A DNA stretch of 64,000 nucleotides from Eledone cirrhosa (taxonomy: Eukaryota). Position 1 is the first letter of the stretch; each line of letters opens with the position of its first letter. Positions 29,156 to 46,984 of this stretch are shown piece after piece. The stretch lies in NCBI GenBank assembly GCA_964016885.1, contig OZ024740.1:60202001-60266000 (forward strand). Direction: 5' to 3'. The notes below the pieces were generated by a model. The model ran no database searches. It saw only the letters and a program-made list of their open reading frames with translations, and was not told the DNA's origin. A program made the position numbers and the translations under genes.

Positions 29156-32100
29156 AGTCAGATGATAGGCAAAACTATGACATTTGTGAAATTACCAAGA
29201 GAGTTAGCAATGATAGATTCAAAATATTTAATAGTAATCTACCTCATTTTTAGGCTTGATAGATGACCGTCGACTTCTTATATTCATCCCGCCCTGTAAA
29301 CAGATATCGTTCTGCATGTTCGTCCACGCTAAACACTGCAAAGAAGATTAGACGGAGCCTACACTCACATTCTAAGAGACGCAGACAGAGACAGCAAGAC
29401 ACAGACAAACACAGACACATACAGATACACACAGACACATTTTTAGAGGATTTAAATTTTAAGACTAATCGAGTAGAAGTACTTATTGTCTAATGTTTAC
29501 CTCTGGCAAAGCTTGGTTGTATTGTATGTGACCATGATATGAATTCTCCAATCTTTGGCGAAATGTAGCCATCGTGAATTTTAATAAAACTAACGTCAAA
29601 ATCAGTTAAGAACGTGATTTCACAACTTACTATTAATCATGATATATATTATTGAACGAAAGCCAGGCATCCCTAGATATATTACTATAGTCCACTGTTT
29701 ACAAAATGGAAGTTTTCCATAAAATTGTGTGCACATAAAATGTTCACTTATTATACACGAGAGAATTTCTGATGCAAATATATTTCTATGAAAAACTTTA
29801 CTTAACTCTTAACATCCTGTAATGAGGGTAGTTTTATGTACTAGTGTACAGATTCATGTAAAATGTCGTAGTATTCAGGACATCAATTTTTAATGTAATA
29901 TTGTTATAGAGTTGTTTATACTTTTCAAGAATATTTCGCCGGTTCCGTTTCATACGGTACAGGCTAAGAGTTACCCAAGTCATGTGCGATAAGGGTTGCA
30001 TGCAGGGATGGGGGTTAATAAGTTATTGATTTGCCGACTGAAGGCTTGATGGTTCGTATCCTGTCGCTGGTACTGTTTACATAAGGTAACAACGGACCAA
30101 CGATCGTTTCATCTGATCCAAATAACAACCAAATTTCTCAAATCATATTTGATTGCCTTAATATAAACACTTATTAAATGCGATCCTTTCTAAACTATGT
30201 CTAAATGAAAAAAAAAATCATAGAATAATCAGGACTGAAGTAACTTTCATCCTAAGTCTTAGAACTGTCCTAGAACTAAACAACATCAACCGGTCACTGT
30301 CGAGACCTCAAGGGTACTACCGAGCTCCTTCCGACATCGGAACGTCTAAGGAAGGAGCCCCACGAGATCGGGTGGCTGTTGCAGTAGGTGTCGCTGGCCA
30401 TTGTCCGTGGGAATGATTTTGTGCGCGGGCGCAGCCTCGACTCGAAACCAGTCCCAGAGTCCATCACCCCTTTCCCCCCTCCCATTCGTCTGTGACCCTA
30501 TAGCCCTTACCTTTTCCTTCCTTTTCCGTTTTCATAACCACAAAAGACATTTGAATATTTAATGAAACTCAACTTTGTGTAGTGAGTACTTGTTAGATTA
30601 TTCAACCACTCATAACCAAGTACGGTTCTGTCAACCCATTCCGACGACTTAGTTATAAAACCTTTAAATATTGTTTTAATGCTGCACGAGGGGTGATAGA
30701 GTCCACGAGAGTATAAATGTTACTCGATAGTTTCATATTAAACAGACCTGTCAACTCTCCCCGTCAGACGGCGGGATTTGGGGTGGGTGAGAGATGTCTT
30801 CTCTTGTGAAAATGGGTATAGCTTTCATTTTCATTATGTAAATCTCCCCATTTTGCCTCACTTCTCCCCGTTTTCGACACTTTTTTTCATGGTACTAGTA
30901 CAAGGGTGTTTAGATGTTGGCAGGTCTGATTAAATGGATTATCTGAATAAAGAAGATTTTAAAAGTTTAGTGGAAACACTGTATTAGAAGCTAAATATGT
31001 TTTATTTTGCGAAAGGATTTGCTGGATAAAGTATATACAAATAGATGTAAGGAACAATTCATAACATAAATATAAATAAGGATGAACCAGTAATTCCTGA
31101 TGCAGTCGTAAGCACGCCGTCTTGGGCATTTTGAACCTGATAAAGTCCATTTCTCTCCAAGACTGAACATAGCCAAATTCTTCCAATGAGAGAGAGGAAA
31201 GAAAAGAGGAAGGAATTGAGCGGGAGATATAGAGGAAGAACTAACTTCAGAACTAGACTGGTACTCTTTTAATTGATCTCGAAAGAATGAAAGACAAAGT
31301 TATTTGAACTCAGATAGCTGGAGCGAATACTGCAAAGCCTTCCATCTAACGCTCTAACGACTCTGCCAATTCCTTCCCCATCATATATGTGTACACACAA
31401 AATTTACAGTAGTAAGTGTGGATGGTCGTTAAGTGGAGAGTGACTTGAAATCTATTGATTGATTTCAAATGCTCCTCTGAGTATATATGGAAGAGCAAAG
31501 TTCTTGAGTCTGCAGAATACCCCATTTATGGATGCATCTGATAAGAAAATATAATCAAGCAATTGGCTATTTACCGTACTTAAAAGAAATAATTATATAT
31601 TAATTAAATGAGCGAGACGGGAGCCAAGGACGCCTGCTGTAGGAAATACAATTAGTAATGTAGAATGCAGAAGATAAGATTTTATTTAGCGAGCCGAGAA
31701 ACTTTGATTAATTTTAATTAATTAGTGAAATGATCATTAAATTATACTTTGTTCATAGGATTTGGTAAGATCAAAATATGTCCGGAATTGTCACTGTACT
31801 GCAAAAGATCAGACTCATTACTTAGAGCAATCTATAATTTTCAATCCGAAGATTGTTGCCCTCACTTTTTTGGCCGGAGTTATTCATTTGAACAATGATT
31901 CGGTCTCCTCACTATGTATGTATGGTCTTGTAACCCTCGACAGGATCTTAGGGACACCGTAGAGACATACAGACTTTTGAGCATCTTTTTAACTTAGCGG
32001 AACCCATCCTCTCTCCAAGACGAAATGCAGGTAATTTCTTCCCATAGGAGTAACAGAGAGGAAGAGAGAAATATATAGAGAAAGAATTGATCCCAGTAAT

Positions 32101-33061
32101 GGACTAATATTTTTTTATCGACCTCAAAAGCATGAAAGACATAGTTGACCCCGGCAGGTTTTTGAATTCGGGATGCCATGATGAATACCGCAAAGCATTC
32201 TATATGACGTTCTATTGGCTGCCAATTCGTCACCGCTTTCTCAATATAAATGTAATTTTAATCACTTTCAATTCTTGCCTCATTAAATTATGTATTAACT
32301 ATTTATCCATGGGTTGATTGATTCATACTTCGTGATAATGTTAAAAGTCTACTTCTATTCTTCATCCTCCAATATACAACATTCTATTTTAAACCATGGA
32401 TCAAAATACCAACGCTTCACATAAATTATTTCGTAATTTTCGTAAATACTATTAAAGCTATTAATGAGCTGTTCAGAGTTTTCTACTATCTAAATTTAAT
32501 CATTCACGGGGTTACTGATATTTGACACCAGCAATGACACTCCCGTTTATTTAAGAACATGAAGAACCATATTATCTTTGAAGATGTGTGGTGGGATTTG
32601 GATGCCTTTTCCTGCAGATTACTCAACCGTATAGAGGATCCCTCTTCATAGAGGCTTGATCATATAGAATCGCTTAAAACGTTGAAAATAATGTTGCGGT
32701 TACAATAGACATTCGAATGAATAAAATAAACACGAAAATGGTAAGAGTGAATGAGGTGATTCTTGGCTTGTGCATGTAAGTCGAACAATGATTGTTGAGA
32801 GAAGGCACTCGCCCTTGATGTTCAAAGCGTTTGTGGATCTCTGAGATTCCTTAATTAGCCTTAGATTTTCAGCTATCTATAACAGGTGGACTGAATATCT
32901 CAATTGTATACATTGTATAAATGTTACCCCCCTTTTCTCGTTTCTATGTAAACCTCCACCTTCATATAGAAACTTGTCTTTGTAATAACTCTCCCCCATC
33001 CAATGCCTGCGTGAAAATAAAATAGATTATTATTATTGTTGTTGTTGTTATTGTTATTAGG

Positions 33062-33348
33062 GAGGCTGATTACTAGTATAGGTAGAGCGTCGAAGAAAAT
33101 GCTTTGTGGTATTTAATTAGAACTTTCGCCGAAGTCAACTTTGCCTTTCATGGGCTCGATAAAATAATTGTTTCTACTTTTGGCACAAGGCCAGCAATTA
33201 CCCCAGTGCATTATTGGTGCTTTTTTATCGACCCCAGGATGAAAGGCAAAGTTAACCTCAGCGGGATTTGAACTCAGAACGTAAAGGGCCATAACTCAAT
33301 ACTGAAGAGCATGGTGCCTGACTCTCTACCGATACTGCTAAACCACCG
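33062..33348. mobile_element. Tail-to-tail SINE pair
   Basis: Plus copy to ~33165 (aactttgcctttcat..cgataaaat), minus copy from attgtttcta; further copies at ~31250, 32085, 34105 (minus) and 57570 (plus). Confidence 0.7.
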
Positions 33349-35142
33349 CATATAAACCAGTAAAGTAGTAGGAAGGATATAATCAATATTTCCCTCTCCA
33401 CAAATTATATTCTGTTTCTTTTCATTCATAGGACTACGCCCAAGCTTGAGCACTGATTTCAAAGGTTTTAGTCATTCATATTGATCCCAGGACTAGTAGT
33501 TAGACATATGTCCAAGGTTCCGGGCAATGAGATCGAAATTGGAACCACATACTCGTGACGGGAACTTAATCCTACGGCTATACCTGAACCTTTCTATTTA
33601 ATTAGCAATTAAGAAATATGAAACAGAAAGGATGACTTTGATTGTTGATAATATTCCTCTATTCTGTCTATCCTGTGGAATTATCCTATACATTTTAAAA
33701 TAAATATGTATTAATTTCAAATATACATAATTTTAAATTCATTAGGAAACGCTTAACAAGATCCCGTGTAATTTACACTTCACATGCTTGTGGGTATGTT
33801 ATTGTACATAACTACTAATTAAATTATTATCCAATCAATTAACTATTTGCGTATCAGTTAGCCTCAACATTGCCTAATTTCTGAGCTCTGGTATTGAACA
33901 TTAAGTTCAAAAGCCAAGTTCAAAAGCTAAGTAATAATTTGAGAAACGTGACTAAGATTACACTGATTTTCTTGCAGAATTACCCGTTTTCATTAATGTC
34001 TCAAAGGAGTGGGAAATCATTGGGAAATGTCAAGAGCTCTTGCTTCAATGTTGCAGGAAATATATTATGGAAATTTCGATATTTTAATACTCACACGAGA
34101 CATATTGATTTCTGGTTTAGGCACAAGGCTAGCGCGTTTGTGGGAAGGGCAAAGTTGATTAAATCAACCTCAGTACTATTTTTTATGGAGCCTGGAAGGA
34201 TTAAAGACAAAGTTGACCTCGACAGGATTTGAACTCAGAACGTAGAAAGTCCTAACTAAATACAGCAAAGTATTTTATCCGACGCTTTACCGATACTCCC
34301 AATTCACTCCCACCAAACCAGAATTAAATATTCACGTCAGAACGCAAACGTTTAGTGATGTGTAATTTTACAAAAAGGGACACTGTGGTATACATAGTCG
34401 TTTAGGATTTTTTTAAACTGTTGAAACCAAGACCATGCTGGAGTACCACATGTCTTCTGAATTTCAAAATAATAAAACTGTCTGACAAGCATTTTGTAAA
34501 ATAAACATGACTGAAATGAAGTGGTGTTGGTGGTAGAGGTCTTAATAATAAACGGAATGTCGATGTCGATATAATTAATCTGTTATCACAGCGGGTTTCT
34601 GAACTGGCGGAGTCGAGCAAAACACAGCATGCAGTTAAGGTAACTCATTGAAACTGTTCAAAATCTATTTATGTGATGTGACTAAAAATAGCGTGAAACA
34701 GATAGAAACGTTGGTTCGGGCTAACAGCCAATAAGTACAACACAACCTATGTCTTCTGTTGTCATATTTCTCTTCATTTCACTGAACACAACGAAACAAA
34801 GTAATGGAGCTGCCTACTTAAAAGCATGGCACGTCAGTTAGTTCAAGGACCACATTGTCAATTGCAATAGACCATTCACGAAGGTATGTGTGCAGTTATA
34901 TTGAATGTTTAGAAACAGTCGCTGAAAAGAGTGTTCAGGGATATTATACAGCAAATGGATTGGTGCAGTGCTTTTTAATTATATTCTTTATACAATGACT
35001 GAATAAGATATGGTAAAATGGGCGATACTATATATTTCCTGTGACACATAGCAGAATGATGGAAATTGAAGAAATATTAATAAAACATTGAAGAATTGCT
35101 GTATTTTTCTGAAGATTACTTGTGAGTGCGTATTATGTGTAT

Positions 35143-35326
35143 ATTGGCAGTATTGGTAGAGGGTCGGACGCCATGCTTTGCAGCAAAGAGTTACGTCCCT
35201 TTATGGTCTGAGTTCAAATCCCGCCGAGGTTAACTTTGCCTTTCATCCTTACGGGGTCGATAAAATAAAGTACCAGTGATGCACTGGGATAATTGCTGGC
35301 CTTGTGCCAAAAAGTAGAAACAATTA
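35143..35326 (+). mobile_element. tRNA-derived SINE
   Basis: Closely matches 22972-23148. Confidence 0.85.
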
Positions 35327-35449
35327 TGTGTATGATTCTGTATTAAACTGAGAGTGTGAATATGCGTTGTGTGTGTGAATAGGTATGAAAGCATACAGGA
35401 AAACACGTGTATACGCACGCGTACAGACATGTCTATGAATATATATATA

Positions 35450-35593
<144 letters not shown>

Positions 35594-35599
35594 GTAAAT

Positions 35600-36385
35600 A
35601 GAAATAACAACACAATCGGTACAGTATATGGAAGGGATATATTAGGTTAACGTTTGATATAGCAGGAAGAGGGTCTTAACGTTTCGGACGCTAGTCCTTC
35701 ATCAGAAGAAAGAATGAGAAATAAGATAGATTGAGGGGACGGGCGGGATGGAATTGGAAAAAATGTCTTTAGATAAAAATAACAGGTCCATTCATGTTGA
35801 CATCTCTTCCAAAACTGTTGGTGCTGGCATTTTGTGTATGATTTATTTTTTAGAAAAGTGGATGATGGAGGGCGTCTACCTGAAATGGAAAACAAAACCG
35901 TTTTGTAAAAAGAGCGAAGGGAATGGGTTACGAAATCGTCGTCCTGAAGACGGAGGAATTGGGAATAGGGTATGGAGTGTTTGGTGTGGGTTGGATGGGA
36001 GGAGGTGAAGTCGAGGTAAGTTTGGGAGTATGTTGGTTTAATGAAGATGGAAGTAGAGAGGGTGTGGTGAGAGTGATTAATAGATAGAGAGATATCTAGA
36101 AAAGCGACAGAAGAATCGAAGACGGAGGCGGTGAAATTGAGAGCAGGATGGAAAGATTGGACAAAAAAAAGAAAGCAGTCGAGCTGTTCTCGTGATAGAG
36201 AGGTGGCGCCGATACAGTCGTCGATATAACGACCGTATAGCTCAGGAGTCGGTCCAGCGTACTGGGAGAAGATCTGGGCTTCGACGTATGGCATAGTTTG
36301 GACCTATACTGGTTCCCATCGCTAATCTGAGACCTGCTGATAAAATTCCCCCGAAAAAGAAAATCTATTGAGGGTGATGATTTCT
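35600..36385 (-). pseudogene. Penelope-like element: RT fragment joined to a pLTR-like end
   Basis: YQQVS..AMGTSIGPNYA, YGRYIDDCIG, FHPALNFT, VAFLDI, IKPTYSQTYLDFTSSHP..SIPYSQFLRL, then deletion and hammerhead. Confidence 0.88.
35674..35709 (-). ncRNA. Minimal Penelope-type hammerhead
   Basis: TCTT CTGATGA A GGAC TAGC GTCC GAAA CG TT AAGA; palindromic AACGTT. Confidence 0.75.
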
Positions 36386-36511
36386 CCCGAATGGAACAAT
36401 TCTAGTCCTGTAGAAGCCATTTCTATATTGAATATTTATACTCTGCTATGTATTGAGTACCTTAATTACTGTGGTTACCCCCGATTGAACCCGGATAAAC
36501 TTATATATATA

Positions 36512-37209
<698 letters not shown>

Positions 37210-37469
37210 GGGCGTTTCATACATTTAATCCATATAAGTTCCTATAAATGTACTGGCATATATGTACATTTCAATCAAGAATTTCTTGTGTAGGAAAATT
37301 AGTACTTCACACTTCAACTTAATTATCCAAATTTATACCATTAACACATTCGAGTTATTTCCCCTGGCTTTACATTTACAATTATAGAAAGTATGCTAAC
37401 CAAAAATATTTATAACTTTTTCATTGTGTATAAATCTATTCATTGATTTTCAGGCTGATTGAGACATTA

Positions 37470-37510
37470 CTGTGCTAAAGAGGTCTAATAGATCGAAACC
37501 GGTCTATCGC
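37470..37510 (+). ncRNA. Probably inactive hammerhead (G5A)
   Basis: CTAAAGA GGTCT AAT AGATC GAAA CCGG TC; weak stem I. Confidence 0.55.
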
Positions 37511-38983
37511 TATTTCTTGTTTGTAAAGAAAGGCCAGCTTTCTCCTAAGACAATGTATATTAACATAGATTAATTCTTAATTCTTGAAATTATCTCCTCT
37601 TTTCTTTGAACGTAATTAATAATTACCATTTGTTTTTTGTTGTTTTTTCTTTCTCTAAAATGGAAATTTTAAAACATTAAGAGACTTTTTGTGTGACATG
37701 ACATTTTAATTAAATTGTTCGAAGTCATGCTGTTAGCCCCCCCCCCCCCCCCCACACACACACACATGCACACGCACACGCACGCACACACACGCACACA
37801 CACACATGCGCGCACGCACATACACACACACACACACATACACACACGCACGCACATACACACACACTCACGCGCGCGCGCACATACACACACGCACGCA
37901 CAACACACATACACGCACACGCGCACATTTTTGTTTGAGAAATGGGAGAAAAAGTACTCAATACATATTGTAGAGTATAATTATTCATTGTAAGCAGCTG
38001 GTGTTTTGTATTGCTACTCGGAGTTTCCCATAATACACATGCATTGCATGAAACTCGGAGTAGAAAGAAAAGAGAATATCAGCTACATACAAGAATTGTA
38101 TGTGTATCTGTATATATGTATCTCTAAGGGTGTGTATGTTGTTAAGTGATAAATCAAACATGTGTATAACTGTGTGTGTATCAAGTATATATTATATGTG
38201 CACGTGTTTAGAAATATAAGGATTTACATACAACCACAAATGTATGCAAAACCTTTTTTCTACATATGTTCATAAACATGTACGTACGTACGTATTTGTG
38301 CGTAAGCCCACATCCATGAACATTGAATGGGTCACCGTCTGTATCGACGATGAGTCTTTTGGTTGTTCAATTAACGGAACAGCCTGCTCGTAAAATTGAC
38401 ATGCAGGTAGTTGATCATGTCAAACCCGCATACCCTTAACGCAATACTCAGGGGTATTCAATTTGACAAGGCTGACCATTTGAATTACAGGAATAGTTTA
38501 TCCGATCGGCTTCCAAATAGTTTCTTTCTACCCAATTATATTCACAAGGCATAGGTCGAATAATTAAAATCAGTAGTGCATGAAGCATATATGAATATCA
38601 TAATTAAATATTTCAATCACCAGGAAAGATATACGTGACAACTGTAGTTTCCAACTGTCTGTGATAGTGCTAGTGTCATGATAAACTGCATTCTGCCCAT
38701 ATTCTCAAGTCATAGTGGCGGTGCCACGATAAAACGCCCACGGAACACGTCGTATTGTAATTGACGTTAGAAAAAGCATCCAGCTGTAGAAATACAAGAG
38801 CACAAGGGAACACAAGAGCAAGATATGGTCACCCCCACCTGTCTAACCGTCGATGTAACAACTCGTCTAACTCATGAAAGCATAGAAAACAGATGTAAAA
38901 CGGTTATGATGACTGTTCGTGCGCGAAAATCTGTTAAGGTTCTCTGTATTTGTGGATATTTTTATGTGTGTGCGTTTCGTGTA

Positions 38984-39024
<41 letters not shown>

Positions 39025-39029
<5 letters not shown>

Positions 39030-39123
39030 TGTCCCCAAAAATGTATACATGCATTGATTACCTGTACAGGCAATATCTATTAGAATGCTGTCGAAGTGTG
39101 TATAGATTTCTTGGGACACCCTG
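39025..39123. mobile_element. Tc1/mariner-type MITE (~100 bp)
   Basis: TIRs ggtgtccccaaaaatgtatac / gtatagatttcttgggacaccctg, TA flanks. Confidence 0.65.
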
Positions 39124-39229
<106 letters not shown>

Positions 39230-39628
39230 TGTGTGTGTGTGTATACAGTTACAATGTATATAAAGGTCTCTCCTGTCGATAACGACATACTGAATTAGTT
39301 TGCGATGTGGCTGAGTATTCCACCTTTAGCGTAATTGTCCAGTGGAATCAGTGTAACAAAGGTTGCGGCTTTGAATTAAGGGTCCAATTTCACTCTAATG
39401 GCTTATGTTGACACTTGCTCAAAGTGTCACTTAGTGATCGCCAACCCGGAGCCTCATGAATGTTAATCGAACGCCTTAATCCGTGTGTGCATGTGTGCGT
39501 GTATGCGTGTGTGCTTGACTGCATGAGTGTGCGCGTATGCGCGCGTGTGTGTGTGTGTGTTGCCAGCGGTTAAGTAAAAGGCTAAAGGGAAATATGGAAA
39601 CACAGTAAAAGATTAGTTTGTGAAATGA

Positions 39629-39828
39629 NNNNNNNNNNNNNNNNNNNNNNNNNNNNNNNNNNNNNNNNNNNNNNNNNNNNNNNNNNNNNNNNNNNNNNNN
39701 NNNNNNNNNNNNNNNNNNNNNNNNNNNNNNNNNNNNNNNNNNNNNNNNNNNNNNNNNNNNNNNNNNNNNNNNNNNNNNNNNNNNNNNNNNNNNNNNNNNN
39801 NNNNNNNNNNNNNNNNNNNNNNNNNNNN
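39629..39828. other. Assembly gap (200 N)
   Basis: Run of N. Confidence 1.
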
Positions 39829-39945
<117 letters not shown>

Positions 39946-40055
39946 TATATAGTATAAATATATATATATATAATATATGTATATATATATATATATATGT
40001 ATATATTATACATATATATATATATATGTATATATATATGTATATATATAGTATA

Positions 40056-40087
<32 letters not shown>

Positions 40088-40088
40088 C

Positions 40089-40137
<49 letters not shown>

Positions 40138-40219
40138 CATATATATACATATATATATACATGTATATATATATTATATATACATATATATATATATATA
40201 TATACATATTATATACATG

Positions 40220-40295
<76 letters not shown>

Positions 40296-40299
40296 CATG

Positions 40300-40497
<198 letters not shown>

Positions 40498-40498
40498 C

Positions 40499-40545
<47 letters not shown>

Positions 40546-40548
40546 CAT

Positions 40549-40762
<214 letters not shown>

Positions 40763-40774
40763 CATATATATATA

Positions 40775-40813
<39 letters not shown>

Positions 40814-40817
40814 TTAC

Positions 40818-40940
<123 letters not shown>

Positions 40941-40950
40941 TATATAATAT

Positions 40951-41030
<80 letters not shown>

Positions 41031-41066
41031 TATATACATATATATATACATATATATATATATATG

Positions 41067-41117
<51 letters not shown>

Positions 41118-41311
41118 TTATACATATATATATATATATATATATAATATAATATATATATATATATACATTATATATATATAATATACATATTATATAT
41201 ATATACATATATATATATGTAATATATATTATGTATATATATATACTATATATATATATATATTATATATATATATATATACATATATTATATACATATA
41301 TATATATGTAT

Positions 41312-41391
<80 letters not shown>

Positions 41392-41669
41392 CATATATAT
41401 ACATATACATATATATATATATATACATATGAGTGGTTAGAGAATTGGATTCGCAATCGTAAGGTTGTGAGTTCGATTCCTGGACCAGGCGATGCGTTAT
41501 GTCCTTGGGCAAGACACTTTATTTCACGTTTGCTCCTTCTACCTGGAGTTGCGACCGATAGATAGTATTAGCAATTGGAAAGACCAACGGAAACATTGTT
41601 CCCTCGGTCCGATTTGACGAAAGTCGATCGTCTTATATATATATATACATATATATATATACATATATA

Positions 41670-41700
<31 letters not shown>

Positions 41701-41730
41701 ACATATACATATATATACATATATATATAC

Positions 41731-41821
<91 letters not shown>

Positions 41822-41863
41822 CATATATATATACACATATATTATATACATATATATATACAC

Positions 41864-41894
<31 letters not shown>

Positions 41895-41995
41895 CACATA
41901 TATATACACATATATATACATATATATATATACATATATATATACATATATATAATATATATACATTATATATATACATATATATATATATATAC

Positions 41996-42026
<31 letters not shown>

Positions 42027-42197
42027 CATATATATACATATATATATACATAGGGTTATAGACGGCGAGTCTACGATTTCCCGCCTTCACTATACACCAA
42101 TGTATTTACGGGTCACTTTCACGACCTTTTAGACCTGTATTAGTTGGAGTGAGGTCATATATTTTGTCGTTCCTGGGGTTTTAACCTAGGACAGGAA

Positions 42198-42284
42198 AAT
42201 GCTTCTCTGATGATCGTTGCTTTTCCATTAATATCCATGTGATATTTAATGTTTTGCACGTGAAACTGTACAGTTAAGGCCATT
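42198..42284 (+). ncRNA. Hammerhead, extended loop II
   Basis: AATGCTTCT CTGATGA T CGTTGC [hairpin loop] GCACG T GAAA CTGTACAG TT AAGGCCATT. Confidence 0.62.
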
Positions 42285-42396
42285 AGAATAGGTAAATATT
42301 TATATTATATTTTTTAATTTTGATTAATTTTGATTGTATATTAATTTTGATTTATTTGAAAAATTGAATGAATTTTTGCTTGTTCTGCTTATCTTG

Positions 42397-42447
<51 letters not shown>

Positions 42448-42730
42448 CATATATACATATATATACATATATATACATATATATACATATATATATACAT
42501 ATATATACATATATATATACATATATATACATATATATATACATATATATATACATATATATACATATATATATACATATATATACATATATATATACAT
42601 ATATATACATATATATACATATATATATACATATATATATACATATATATACATATATATATACATATATATATACATATATATACATATATATATACAT
42701 ATATATACATATATATATACATATATATAC

Positions 42731-42781
<51 letters not shown>

Positions 42782-42794
42782 CATATATATATAC

Positions 42795-42827
<33 letters not shown>

Positions 42828-43702
42828 CATAATATATATATATATATACATATATATATACATATATATATACATATATATATATATATTATACATATAT
42901 ATATATATATACATATATATATACATATATATATACATATATATACATATATATATATATACATATATATACATATATATATATACATATATATACATAT
43001 ATATATATACATATAAATACATATATATATATACATATATATACATATATATATATACATATAAATACATATATATATACATATACATATATATATACAT
43101 ATATATATACATATATATATACATATATATACATATATATATACATATATATACATATATATATACATATATATATACATATACATATATATATATATAC
43201 ATATATATACATATATATATACTTATATATACATATATATATACATATATATACATATATATATATACATATATATACATATATATATACATATATATAC
43301 ATATATATATACATATATATAAATATATATATACATATATATACATATATATATACATATATATACATATATATATACATATATATACATATATATATAC
43401 ATATATATAAATATATATATACATATATATATACATATACATACATATATATATACATATATATACATACATATATATACATATATATATACATATACAT
43501 ACATATATATATACATATACATACATATATATATACATATATATACATATATATATACATATATATACATATATATACATATATATATACATATATATAT
43601 ACATATATATACATATATATACATATATATATACATATATATACATATATATATATACATATATATACATATATATATACATATATATACACATATATAT
43701 AC

Positions 43703-43739
<37 letters not shown>

Positions 43740-43798
43740 CATATATATATACATATATATACACATATATATACACATATATATACACATATATATAC

Positions 43799-43835
<37 letters not shown>

Positions 43836-43845
43836 CATATATATT

Positions 43846-43883
<38 letters not shown>

Positions 43884-43888
43884 TATAC

Positions 43889-43923
<35 letters not shown>

Positions 43924-43962
43924 CATATATATATACATATATATATATATATACATATATAC

Positions 43963-43993
<31 letters not shown>

Positions 43994-44174
43994 CATATAT
44001 ACATATATATATATACATATATATATATATACATATATATATAGATATATATATATATATATACATATATATATACATATATATATACATATATATATAC
44101 ATATCTATATACATATATATATACATATATATATACATATATATATACATATATATATATACATATATATATAC

Positions 44175-44221
<47 letters not shown>

Positions 44222-44226
44222 TATAC

Positions 44227-44257
<31 letters not shown>

Positions 44258-44308
44258 CATATATATACATATATATATACATATATATATATATATACAT
44301 ATATATAC

Positions 44309-44339
<31 letters not shown>

Positions 44340-44571
44340 CATATATATATACATATAAATATAGATATATATATATATATACATATATATACATATATAT
44401 ATACATATATACATATATAATATACATATAAATATAGATATATATATATATATATACATATATATATACATATATATATACATATATATATACATATATA
44501 TATACATATATATATACATATATATATACATATATATATACATATATATATACATATACATATATATATAC

Positions 44572-44624
<53 letters not shown>

Positions 44625-44625
44625 C

Positions 44626-44672
<47 letters not shown>

Positions 44673-44774
44673 CATATATATATACATACATATATATATA
44701 TATATATATACGTATATATATACATACATATATATATACATACATATAATATATATATATATATACGTATATAT

Positions 44775-44881
<107 letters not shown>

Positions 44882-44950
44882 CATATATATATATATATAT
44901 ATACATACATATATATATATATATATATACATACATATATATATATATAT

Positions 44951-44993
<43 letters not shown>

Positions 44994-45073
44994 CATATAT
45001 ATATATATATACATATATATACATTTATATAACATATATATATATATATATACATACATATATATATATATAT

Positions 45074-45154
<81 letters not shown>

Positions 45155-45155
45155 C

Positions 45156-45186
<31 letters not shown>

Positions 45187-45349
45187 CATACATATATATA
45201 TATATACATATATATATAGATATATATATATATATATACATATATATATACATATATATATACATATATATATACATATCTATATACATATATATATACA
45301 TATATATATACATATATATATACATATATATATATACATATATATATAC

Positions 45350-45393
<44 letters not shown>

Positions 45394-45442
45394 TATATAT
45401 ACATATATATATACATATATATATATATATACATATATATAC

Positions 45443-45473
<31 letters not shown>

Positions 45474-45775
45474 CATATATATACATATATATATACATAT
45501 ATATATATATACATATATATATACATATAAATATAGATATATTATATATATATACATATATATACATATATATATACATATATACATATATATATACTTA
45601 TATATATACATATATACATATATATATACATATAAATATAGATATATATATATATATATACATATATATATACATATATATATACATATATATATACATA
45701 TATATATACATATATATATACATATATATATACATATATATATACATATATATATACATATACATATATATATAC

Positions 45776-45826
<51 letters not shown>

Positions 45827-45938
45827 CATATATATATACATATATATATATATAAAATACATATATATATATATACATATATATATACATACATATATAT
45901 ATATATATATATACGTATATATATACATACATATATAT

Positions 45939-45971
<33 letters not shown>

Positions 45972-45985
45972 CGTATATATATACA

Positions 45986-46092
<107 letters not shown>

Positions 46093-46161
46093 CATATATA
46101 TATATATATATATACATACATATATATATATATATATACATACATATATATATATATATAT

Positions 46162-46194
<33 letters not shown>

Positions 46195-46215
46195 CATACA
46201 TATATATATATATAT

Positions 46216-46289
<74 letters not shown>

Positions 46290-46435
46290 TATATATATAT
46301 ATACATATATATACATATATATATACATATGTATATATATATATACATACATATATATATATATATATATACATACATATATATATATATATATACATAC
46401 ATATATATACTATATATATATATATATATACATAC

Positions 46436-46466
<31 letters not shown>

Positions 46467-46489
46467 CATACATATATATATATACATAC

Positions 46490-46522
<33 letters not shown>

Positions 46523-46545
46523 CATATATATACATATATATATAC

Positions 46546-46598
<53 letters not shown>

Positions 46599-46631
46599 CA
46601 TATATAAACATATATATATACATATATATAC

Positions 46632-46906
<275 letters not shown>

Positions 46907-46907
46907 C

Positions 46908-46940
<33 letters not shown>

Positions 46941-46941
46941 C

Positions 46942-46980
<39 letters not shown>

Positions 46981-46984
46981 CAGT

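Noticed and set aside
34800-34890. AAG/GTATGT donor suggesting an exon
   Set aside because: All three frames are interrupted upstream
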